Of a stretch of 64,000 nucleotides of DNA, positions 56,460-64,000 are shown in pieces. Made by a program: the position numbers and the translations under genes. Under the pieces are notes generated by a model. It had not been told where the DNA came from, made no database searches, and saw only the letters and a list, made by a program, of their open reading frames with translations. Source of the DNA: Kiritimatiellia bacterium (GTDB lineage Bacteria; Verrucomicrobiota; Kiritimatiellia; JAQICX01); NCBI GenBank assembly GCA_027858345.1, contig JAQICX010000069.1:5222-69221 (forward strand). The letters are read 5' to 3'. The stretch's first letter is position 1, and each line of letters begins with the position of its first letter.

Positions 56460-57194
56460 TTACCTATGTTTGGAAACTTCTAAAACTCTTATTGAATAAA
56501 ACAAAAACAAAATTGTTCCTGTAAAACAAAAAACTAAAGGACGACTATCTATAACCCCATCACAAAAATTATTCATAAATATTGGGATATTAAGAAATTC
56601 TTTAACCCAGGTTGGTATCTTTGGAATGAGGTCAATAACATAACCTAGAAAATAAAATGCAAATATAAAAACAAATGTTAATGTAGCGCATACAAGCTGA
56701 TTGGGCGTGCACGTTGAAACAAACATGCCAATTGAAAGAACAAACATACCAAAAAAGAATATAAATAAAATGCCCCCCATTAAATTTGTAATAATTCCGG
56801 CAATATTACCTCCAGCTGTGATTTCAACAAAACAAACATAACTGACCGCTGTTAGAATTATTAACAACAAAAACCATAGTGCTGCTGCAAACTTTGCCGC
56901 AATCAATTGAGAGACTGTAACTGGAAGAGTCAAAATCAACTCCAGTTGCCCACTTTTTCGTTCATCTGAAAAAAACTGCATCGATAAAAATGTTACAATT
57001 ATCGGCAACCAACAGTAAAACAGTAACTTAAACATTATGGTAGAAAGGGTAACACGTGTTCCCATCTCGGCCTGTACCATCTGTAAAAACAAAAATCCAG
57101 TACTTGCCAAAAATACACAAAAAATAGAAAATGCCAGTGTTGAATAAAAATATACACCAACTTCTCTCCTAAAAATCAAAAAAGTCTTACTCAT
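56460..57194 (-). CDS. ABC-2 type transporter permease (GldF-like)
   Basis: 244 aa with 6 TM helices. Overlaps the ATPase gene by 8 nt. Confidence 0.75.
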   Translation of the reverse strand: MSKTFLIFRREVGVYFYSTLAFSIFCVFLASTGFLFLQMVQAEMGTRVTLSTIMFKLLFYCWLPIIVTFLSMQFFSDERKSGQLELILTLPVTVSQLIAAKFAAALWFLLLIILTAVSYVCFVEITAGGNIAGIITNLMGGILFIFFFGMFVLSIGMFVSTCTPNQLVCATLTFVFIFAFYFLGYVIDLIPKIPTWVKEFLNIPIFMNNFCDGVIDSRPLVFCFTGTILFLFYSIRVLEVSKHR

Positions 57195-58134
57195 TATTTT
57201 TTTCCTTTGTCATCTCAAGAAAAAGATTTTCCAATGTATGACGTGAACTTCTCAGCTCTCTCAATATCCACTTATTGGATGTTATCAAACCAAACAGAGC
57301 CTCCCTTGAATCGTCAAAGTGGGCAACCTCACATTCAACAGCTATCCAACCATTACTGAAAAAATCCAAGCTGTTTACTCTGATAATATCCTCAAGAGCT
57401 TCCAACTCGCTTTTAACATCTTCACCATCGGAAATCCTAATTTCCATATAAACAGTACCACCACTATCCATATTGTCAAGCAACTCTGTAGTGTTACCCT
57501 TAACAATCAGCTCCCCATCATTGATTATAACAATTCTGTTACTTATAAGCTCAATCTCTGAAAGAATATGTGAAGAGATCAATATGGCATGCTTCTGAGT
57601 CAAACGCTCAATTATTTTTCTAAACTGAACAACTTGATAAGGATCCAGTCCCGCAGTAGGCTCATCAAGAATAAGCACTTCAGGATCGCCAAGCAACGCA
57701 ACAGCAAGTCCCAGACGTTGACGAAACCCCTTGGAAAGATTCTTGATCACTGCTTTTCGATAGTTGTCCAAATCACAGTGATCAATAATTTCATCAACAT
57801 GTGAACCAACTTTTCGAAAAGGCACACCCTTGAGTTTGGCAATGAACTTCAAATATTCACATACACGCATCGAAGAATATACTGGATTATTCTCAGGCAG
57901 GTAACCCAATGATTTATGAACATCATTCGCTTCTTCACAAACATTATAACCACATATTTTGATTTCACCTGCCGTCGCCGGCAAAAAACCAGTCAACATC
58001 TTAATAGTCGTCGTTTTTCCTGCACCATTTGGACCAAGAAAACCAACCACTTCACCCTTTTGTACATCAAAAGAGAGATTGTTTAGAACAACCTTTCTTC
58101 CATATCTTTTTGTTAAATTTTTAACTTCAATCAT
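57187..58134 (-). CDS. ABC transporter ATP-binding protein (GldA-like)
   Basis: 315 aa. Walker A GPNGAGKTT, signature LSKGFRQR, Walker B LILDEPTAGLD. Confidence 0.9.
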   Translation of the reverse strand: MIEVKNLTKRYGRKVVLNNLSFDVQKGEVVGFLGPNGAGKTTTIKMLTGFLPATAGEIKICGYNVCEEANDVHKSLGYLPENNPVYSSMRVCEYLKFIAKLKGVPFRKVGSHVDEIIDHCDLDNYRKAVIKNLSKGFRQRLGLAVALLGDPEVLILDEPTAGLDPYQVVQFRKIIERLTQKHAILISSHILSEIELISNRIVIINDGELIVKGNTTELLDNMDSGGTVYMEIRISDGEDVKSELEALEDIIRVNSLDFFSNGWIAVECEVAHFDDSREALFGLITSNKWILRELRSSRHTLENLFLEMTKEKNNE

Positions 58135-58140
58135 ATTAAG

Positions 58141-58416
58141 TTACTTTTCATTGTTTAAATGAATCTCTTCAGTGGTTCCATCAGGTGCTGTAACAAGGAC
58201 AACATCATCCTCAATACTTTCCTCTTCGTATTCAGCCTCAATATCCTCTTGACCTCTCCCTGCCTTCCTAAGCATAAAAAACATCCTGATTCGCCAGTAA
58301 ATCATAAACAAAACTGCCAATATTATAAATATTACTGCAGCCCAGAAAAAAATGAAAAACAGAAAAATCGCAACTATTATAGATAAAACACCTAATATTA
58401 TACTTTTTATATTCAT
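58141..58416 (-). CDS. small membrane protein with an acidic C-terminus
   Basis: 91 aa. Two TM helices, then an EDIEAEYEEESIEDD tail. Its start overlaps the stop of the 59-aa ORF (ATGA). Confidence 0.55.
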   Translation of the reverse strand: MNIKSIILGVLSIIVAIFLFFIFFWAAVIFIILAVLFMIYWRIRMFFMLRKAGRGQEDIEAEYEEESIEDDVVLVTAPDGTTEEIHLNNEK

Positions 58417-58592
58417 AATTCTTTAGTCAACTTCTTTGGTTTACATAACAAACTCTTATCATTTGCAATCCTTAAACACTTCTTGCAGATATACTTCGGC
58501 TGCGAAACAATATCAACCACTTCATCAAAATGATCCTTAAGTGTCGACTTCTTCAAATGACACATCTTCAAAACAATTTTGTCTTCACTCAT
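58413..58592 (-). CDS. 59-aa Cys-rich small protein (possible zinc ribbon); below the ORF-track cutoff
   Basis: Own translation gives MSEDKIVLKMCHLKKSTLKDHFDEVVDIVSQPKYICKKCLRIANDKSLLCKPKKLTKEL. Cys at positions 11, 36, 39 and 50 (CxxC plus two). The ATGA overlap with the next gene suggests translational coupling. Confidence 0.5.
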   Translation of the reverse strand: MSEDKIVLKMCHLKKSTLKDHFDEVVDIVSQPKYICKKCLRIANDKSLLCKPKKLTKEL

Positions 58593-58659
58593 CTCTATTC
58601 TCCTCTAATAAATTCGACCCACTTAATTATCCCAACTCCAGCACTTAAAACTTCCGTCT

Positions 58660-58755
58660 TGTCCGCCAAAACTCCTCCCCGGCTGTCCACGCCTTGCGGG
58701 ATAGTCCCGCAAGGCGGGAGGAGGTGGCTAGCAAAGCTAGACGGAGGGGTTATTC
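58660..58755 (+). repeat. ~95-nt GC-rich intergenic module, copy 2
   Basis: GTCCGCCAAAACTCCTCCCCGGCTGTCCACGCCTTGCGGGATAGTCCCGCAAGGCGGGAGGAGGTGGCTAGCAAAGCTAGACGGAGGGGTTATTCC. Contains a perfect 12-bp hairpin CGCCTTGCGGGA-TAG-TCCCGCAAGGCG. Confidence 0.8.
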
Positions 58756-58844
58756 CAAAGTATTCTTTCTATCTGCTTTCCCAACTCTCGCACTTTCGAA
58801 CTTCTTCCCACTTCCTTTTTCTGTTTCCTGATTCTTTTTTCCAA

Positions 58845-58942
58845 GGCAAATCCAGCTATTCCTTCCTCTTTCCTTCTTCCTAGGCGAAGCCTATTCCTTG
58901 CGAAGCTATTCCTTCTTCTTTCCTGCTGGCAAAGCCTACTAC
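58845..58942. repeat. degenerate ~17-nt tandem array in a pyrimidine-rich tract
   Basis: GGCAAATCCAGCTATTCCTTCC, GGCGAAGCCTATTCCTT, GCGAAGCTATTCCTT and GGCAAAGCCTACTAC. The last unit overlaps the stop of the giant ORF. Confidence 0.65.
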
Positions 58943-61900
58943 TGAATCTGATTAGCAATTTCCTTAAAATATTCCCTAACAAGAGCACGATATTCAGGAG
59001 GAACATTATCATAAACACCTTCCGATATTATACCACTCTTCAAACCACCCCTAATCTTTTCCCAATCCTCAAGTGTAAAACCAAGATTCTTCAAAAGTTC
59101 AGGATCAATAACGCCGGTCTCAACTTTCTCAGGCTTGTTCTGAGGATTATTACTGTCAGAACTTTGCTGACTATCGCTCTGTTGTTGAGACTTCTGCTGA
59201 GACGGAGGCTGAGGTTGATTCATACTAGCCATTGACTGCATCTGCTGCTGAGTCATTCCCAACTGCTGTGCCTGTTGCTGCATCATCTGACTCAATGCCT
59301 GTGCTGCTTGTTGAGCAGCCATCATGGCTGCTTGAGCTTCCTGCATTGCTGCTTCCGCTTGAGCCGTCGCCTTTTGAGCTTCCGCTTGTGTCTGCTGAGC
59401 TGATTGCTGTGCCGCTTTTGCCTCGGTTTGTGCCTGTGCCGCTGCTGCCTGAGATGCTTGTGCTGCTGCTGTTGCTTCTTCAGAAGGAGACTCAGCCGCT
59501 GCTTCCATAGCTGCTTGAGATTCGGCTTGTGCTGAAGCTGCTTCGGCTTGTGCCTCATTTGCTGCTGCTTGAGTCTCAGCGGCGGCTGACTGTGCTTCGG
59601 CGGCGGCTTGTGTTTCCGGTTGTCCTTCCAATGTCGCCTGAGCATCAGCCATTGCCCGTGTTGCTTCCGCTTGGGCCGCTGCCGCTTCTTCCTGAGATGC
59701 GGATGCCTCGGCTTGTGCTGTAGCTGCTTCTTCCGGCGATGCACCCATAGCTTCAGCTTGAGCAGCCTGGGCATCAGTCATAGCTTCCAGTGCTTCTGAT
59801 TGAGCTTGCTGGGCTTGAGCCTGAGCCTGTGCTGCCTGTGATGGTTCCATATTTGCCATCTCCATTGCATTCTCAGCTGTCATTGCAGCCTCCATGGCCG
59901 CATCCATAGCTGTCTCCATAGCAGTCTGTTGATCAGCGTTCATTGAACTTTCCTGCTGAGCTGCAATTTGTTTATCCAGCTCTGAAATTTGTTGTTCCAA
60001 AGCACTTTTAGACTCTTCCAAACCTTTGCTTACATCAGATAAAGCATCAGCAGCTTTTTCTTGCTGACCTTGCATAGCAGCCTGTTCTTCAGGAGTAGCT
60101 TCTGAACCTTGTTCTTGAGCCCCCTGCTCTTGCGCAGCAGACTGTTCATCTTGTGCACCCTGTTCACCATTTTCTTGTGCTGAATCAGGTTGTTCTGAAA
60201 TATCTGAAGCCATATCTGTTGCTTTTTCTGTCTCACCTTGAGCTTTATCAGCCAAGTCAGAAACCTTTTCATCAGCATCATTTAAAGCCTGATTATCTGT
60301 GAGTATATCACCAATTGTTTCAAGCTCTTTTGCATCTTTTGCCAATTCTTCTGCTTTTTCTCTAACAGCTTCCTGAGCTTTTGTCATTGCTTCATCAAAA
60401 TCACCTTCTTCAGCAGCTTTTTTAGCTTCTTCAAATTTCTCGGAACCATCATTAGATAAACCATCCTCAATAGCTTCACTTAGAGTTTCCATTTTCTCTT
60501 CTTTTGTGGCTTCCGCAAGTTTATCCTGCAAACCAGAAAGTTCTTCTGCATCTTTTGCCAATTCTTCTGTTGCTTCTTTCACTTCAGCGAGTTTGTCTCT
60601 TATAGCCTCTGGATTTCCACTTTCTAAAACATCGCTTAGCTCTTCTGCAATATCTTTTTGATCTTCTACCCAGTCTTCATCAAACATTTCACCTGATTCC
60701 AATATCTCTTCAGCATCAGCAGCTAAATCTTCTTGCTTATTAGCCAACTCCTCAGCCTTTATCCATTCTTCAACAATTTTATCAAGTTCCTCTAACTCTA
60801 AAAATAAATTTTTGAGCAGCATAATTGAGTCTTCAAGTGATGTACGAAGCTTTCTACCCATAGCCTTCTTATCATCTTTATCAAGCATAACAATCATTTC
60901 TGCACTCTCTTTGGCCACAGCGATTCCTTTAGTCTGAACGTTTTGAACACCTTCAATCAGTTCTTTGTAAGCAGTGTCACCCAACACTGAAACCAAATCA
61001 TCCAACATACCATTTGCAATTGACAACTCACTTGCAACATCTGTTGAATCTTCATCTACCTTTATGTAATCAGGGCGTTCCTCGGACATCTCAACATTAA
61101 TTGCTTTTGTATCCACAACTGCATCCTCTAACCTCTGCAAAACATTCTCCAGAATCTTCGTTATGGCTTCTTGTTGCAGATCATAGGACTGACGAGACAA
61201 AGACTCTGCTGACTTATCAATCGTAATTGTGATAGGCTCACTGGTTCCAATCTGTGGCCCGCCAAGCTCGATTGGCAGTGCATCTGCAACACAAACTTTA
61301 ATAGTTAAACTTGATGTGTTTTTTAAATTGAATTTCAACAAATCAAAACGAACATTTCCACTCCAGATACCTTCCTTATCTTTTTCTTTAACAAGCTTCT
61401 TTAAAGGATGAACAACAGGCTCATTATTGTCTTTTGTAACCTCAAGAAATGCATTTGTTAAACCATAGTCATCAAAACCAAAATAGTTTATAACAAAACG
61501 ACCATTAGGACTTAAAGTCAGATCTTTGTTAATTGGTCTGAAAATGTCAACCGTTGGTGGCAAATCAGGAATACTCACAATAGAATAAACCTTTGGCGTG
61601 TTCTTAAACTTAAAATGATCTTCAATATTAATTTCCCATTTATCATTAATATTATTAGGAACGTCAAAATCAGCTATTAATCTTATTTGACTTGTATAGG
61701 TCAAATTTGTTTCTGGAAGCTGAACTCCTCCAATAACAATTTTTGCAGTATTAATTGGCTTACTAAGTTTTGCATTAATTCTAACTTTAGTGCCGTTTAC
61801 AACACTTATATTACCAGATGAATTAGTATTAATAACGCTTCCCAAACCTGTATATTTAGGATAACTATAAATTAAATCTAATAAATCTATCTGTGGTGGT

Positions 61901-62814
61901 ATTTCAGCAAACACCTCATATTTTTCTGTAACACTATGCCCCGCATGTATACTATATCTAAATCCATCATTAACTTGAGGAATAGATATCTTAAAAACCT
62001 TAACATTCTCATTTTCTTCTGCTTCTGAGTCAACAACTGATTCAACCATTCGCTCTTTCATAAGTTTGCCGTTTTTTGCAAACTTAATCATATATGCCGT
62101 GTTAATCTTGGGACTGGATGTTTTAACAATAATGTTTAAAGGATCTCCAACTATCATTCGTATATTGCCTGGTTCAACATCAATGCTGTCAGAAAAAAAA
62201 CTTCCAACATCTGAAGCAGGTGCCATAACTCTTGTCATCAACCTTAAAGTTCTTAGAGGCCAGATTGCCGTTAAAACAACAATAAACCCCACAACACATC
62301 CAGCTGCAATAAACCATGGCTTAACTGATTTTGTGTTTATCTCTTGGCGTGGTTTAACATTGCTCGCATCAAATGTAGCTTCCTCTGCCAACTGATCAAT
62401 CAAACGCTGTGAACCAAAATCACTTGAACCCTTATCAATCCGACACAACTCAACAATTGAACTCATTCTTTCCTGAAGCTCTGGATGCCTCAATTCAACA
62501 AAACGAGCAACTCTTGTCAGTGTAAACGGCTGTGTAAGAGGCTTATATAGATAAAAATATAGTGCTATTAAAAATGATACTAAAACCAGCGAACTTAACC
62601 CCCACCTGTATATGGGAGAAATAATTATTGTTGCTGCATCAATTCCCATTACAATCAAAATTGAAACAACTACAACTGCAAGAACTGCAAGCGAACCTCG
62701 AATCCATAAAATTAATTTAATTCGTTCAATCAGTTCTGTCAAACTCTTAACAATAGACTCTGGTAACTTAGTATAATCAACATTTGCATTATTTTCTTTT
62801 AGCTTAGCTTTCAT
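58939..62814 (-). CDS. giant membrane protein, DUF4175-like (BatA-cluster type) with an acidic coiled-coil and Ala/Gln/Glu low-complexity tail
   Basis: The track ORF starts at 62850. The MKAKLKE start at 62814 removes the overlap with the upstream gene. Has 3 TM helices and the FVELRHPELQERMSSIVEL motif. A beta-rich middle is followed by several hundred residues of E/D/K coiled coil and AQAEA-type repeats. The conserved end reads NVPPEYRALVREYFKEI. Confidence 0.6.
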   Translation of the reverse strand: MKAKLKENNANVDYTKLPESIVKSLTELIERIKLILWIRGSLAVLAVVVVSILIVMGIDAATIIISPIYRWGLSSLVLVSFLIALYFYLYKPLTQPFTLTRVARFVELRHPELQERMSSIVELCRIDKGSSDFGSQRLIDQLAEEATFDASNVKPRQEINTKSVKPWFIAAGCVVGFIVVLTAIWPLRTLRLMTRVMAPASDVGSFFSDSIDVEPGNIRMIVGDPLNIIVKTSSPKINTAYMIKFAKNGKLMKERMVESVVDSEAEENENVKVFKISIPQVNDGFRYSIHAGHSVTEKYEVFAEIPPQIDLLDLIYSYPKYTGLGSVINTNSSGNISVVNGTKVRINAKLSKPINTAKIVIGGVQLPETNLTYTSQIRLIADFDVPNNINDKWEINIEDHFKFKNTPKVYSIVSIPDLPPTVDIFRPINKDLTLSPNGRFVINYFGFDDYGLTNAFLEVTKDNNEPVVHPLKKLVKEKDKEGIWSGNVRFDLLKFNLKNTSSLTIKVCVADALPIELGGPQIGTSEPITITIDKSAESLSRQSYDLQQEAITKILENVLQRLEDAVVDTKAINVEMSEERPDYIKVDEDSTDVASELSIANGMLDDLVSVLGDTAYKELIEGVQNVQTKGIAVAKESAEMIVMLDKDDKKAMGRKLRTSLEDSIMLLKNLFLELEELDKIVEEWIKAEELANKQEDLAADAEEILESGEMFDEDWVEDQKDIAEELSDVLESGNPEAIRDKLAEVKEATEELAKDAEELSGLQDKLAEATKEEKMETLSEAIEDGLSNDGSEKFEEAKKAAEEGDFDEAMTKAQEAVREKAEELAKDAKELETIGDILTDNQALNDADEKVSDLADKAQGETEKATDMASDISEQPDSAQENGEQGAQDEQSAAQEQGAQEQGSEATPEEQAAMQGQQEKAADALSDVSKGLEESKSALEQQISELDKQIAAQQESSMNADQQTAMETAMDAAMEAAMTAENAMEMANMEPSQAAQAQAQAQQAQSEALEAMTDAQAAQAEAMGASPEEAATAQAEASASQEEAAAAQAEATRAMADAQATLEGQPETQAAAEAQSAAAETQAAANEAQAEAASAQAESQAAMEAAAESPSEEATAAAQASQAAAAQAQTEAKAAQQSAQQTQAEAQKATAQAEAAMQEAQAAMMAAQQAAQALSQMMQQQAQQLGMTQQQMQSMASMNQPQPPSQQKSQQQSDSQQSSDSNNPQNKPEKVETGVIDPELLKNLGFTLEDWEKIRGGLKSGIISEGVYDNVPPEYRALVREYFKEIANQIQ

Positions 62815-62816
62815 AA

Positions 62817-64000
62817 TTATGCCAAACCTCCTTTTTTCCTGTAAAACCATTCAAATCCAATAATAATTCCCATCAAAATAAATAGCGGCCACTTATCCCA
62901 AAGTGTCTTCTCCTGAATCAAAACTTCTTCCCTGTTGCCTTCACCAAAAAGACTATCAGCATTCATAATATCCGTTGGTGTTAAAAGCTTACCTCCTGTG
63001 GTTGCAGCAATCTTTGCAGGCCACGTTGGGTCTGCATTCATAACGGATCTCTCAATAGGGTTGTCCAATGTCTTAACGGCAATAATTGTGTCAATATCTT
63101 TGGCCGAGCCATCTTCTCTTAATTCATCAATAACATCACCAGTCAATGTTATTGTGTAATATCCAGATGCATCTGCTGCCTTAAAATCTAAATCATAATA
63201 TCCATTTGAATCTTCTCGATAATCAAACTCTTTTCGCAGAATTGTCTGTCCGTTAAACTTTACTGTTGCGCCAAACTTTTTCTTATTCACACCGCTAAAT
63301 GATTTATCAATCAGGCGTGAAACAACTTTTACAGTATCTCCAGGAGAATAAACAAGTTTATCAGTGCCAAGTCTTACATGCTCACCACCTGAACGCAAGT
63401 TTTCTCCAGCTCCCCAGCGCATCATCTGTCCCCAGAACTTATGGTGATACACATCTCCAACGCCATAACGCCAACGCCATGTCCGATCAAAAGGCAGCAT
63501 AACAACTGTACCCTGTCCATATCTCTGGACAACAACAAGTGCATTGTGTGTTTCCTGTTCCAATCGTTGTTCCAAATAACGTTCCTGCTCTTCCTGTGTT
63601 GCAGAAAAGTCCATTCCATCGTCTTCTCCAGGCTGCGCATAAGCAAGAACACTAGCACCAGGCTTCAACGACTCAACAGAAAAACGCCAACGCATAACAG
63701 GCAAAGAAGCCCAAATCTCATCATTCTCGGCTGAACTTTCAGACTGCTGCATAATTGGATGTTCACGCCCGGCTGCAGTTAGCTTAATTCTATAATCTTT
63801 CTCAGGTGACTTAAACTGTGGCCTTGATTGATTCTCATATATAATCGGCAACAATGCCTTTAAATCTTCATTCTCATAGTGATGAGGCATATATCTTGGA
63901 CCAGCACTGACCACAAGTAACGCACCTCGTTCCTCAACACACTTCTTGATTTCTGCAATCACTCGATCACTCAAATCTTCTGGGGCAACATCACCAAGAA
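62817..64000 (-). CDS. C-terminal part of an envelope protein with a C-terminal TM anchor (BatA/vWA-cluster neighbour type); 5' end lies beyond the window
   Basis: The reading frame stays open to position 64000 (upstream codons read LGDVAPED before the TTG listed in the track). Ends with WDKWPLFILMGIIIGFEWFYRKKGG. Confidence 0.5.
   Translation of the reverse strand, partial: LGDVAPEDLSDRVIAEIKKCVEERGALLVVSAGPRYMPHHYENEDLKALLPIIYENQSRPQFKSPEKDYRIKLTAAGREHPIMQQSESSAENDEIWASLPVMRWRFSVESLKPGASVLAYAQPGEDDGMDFSATQEEQERYLEQRLEQETHNALVVVQRYGQGTVVMLPFDRTWRWRYGVGDVYHHKFWGQMMRWGAGENLRSGGEHVRLGTDKLVYSPGDTVKVVSRLIDKSFSGVNKKKFGATVKFNGQTILRKEFDYREDSNGYYDLDFKAADASGYYTITLTGDVIDELREDGSAKDIDTIIAVKTLDNPIERSVMNADPTWPAKIAATTGGKLLTPTDIMNADSLFGEGNREEVLIQEKTLWDKWPLFILMGIIIGFEWFYRKKGGLA

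Noticed and set aside
58530-59018. ORFs 58530..58883(+) and 58737..59018(-).
   Set aside because: They run through the intergenic repeat modules and the pyrimidine-rich tandem tract. They have low-complexity translations and no RBS.
59232-59799. Several ORFs in alternative frames and strands (59232..59510+, 59322..59774-, 59529..59723+, 59608..59799+).
   Set aside because: They are by-products of the GC-rich triplet-repeat-like coding tract of the giant protein. They are stop-codon-poor in all frames, and their translations are pure low complexity (poly-K/R/Q or L/P).

Overview
A 64-kb, visibly AT-rich, densely coding bacterial chromosomal segment with about 60 protein genes and one tRNA-Cys. 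I recognised no rRNA, CRISPR array, transposase, integrase or phage genes.

Gene order, left to right:
- hisA'-hisB-hisC-hisD (minus strand), then tex.
- An orphan two-gene module: a MotA/ExbB-like channel with a coiled-coil tail, plus a single-pass partner.
- A Wza/Wzc-type polysaccharide-export locus: capD-like, manC, OM barrel, wza-like, wzc-like, O-antigen-ligase family, S24/S26 peptidase-like, and a BioD/DRTGG P-loop protein.
- A tight minus-strand string: rmlC-rmlA-rmlB-rmlD-folD-GH10 xylanase-MacB-type permease-der.
- An FAH-family hydrolase, a secreted hypothetical, ptsI, tRNA-Cys, a phosphoesterase, a nitroreductase and an MsbA-type exporter.
- The iorA-iorB-paaK-ACT aryl-acid cluster, apbE, an HlyD-adaptor operon and miaB.
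- A GldA/F/G-like ABC operon with a DUF4340-like gene.
- A BatA/DUF4175-type envelope cluster. It includes a ~1,290-aa protein with a very long acidic and Ala/Gln low-complexity tail.

The gene content suggests an anaerobic, polysaccharide-degrading bacterium, possibly of the PVC group. That placement is inference only.

Two things stand out:
1. The stator-like MotA/ExbB + partner pair at 6.9-9.2 kb has no recognisable cognate machinery nearby.
2. Almost every long intergenic spacer is built from GC-rich modular hairpin repeats. Many carry a (T)GTAG/CTAC(A) head next to the palindrome, as in REP/REPIN elements. There are also a ~120-bp repeat (4 copies), a ~170-bp long-palindrome element (2 copies) and a ~95-nt shared module. 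No RAYT-type gene lies in this window.

All functional calls come from reading the translated ORFs and motifs by eye. No database search was possible.
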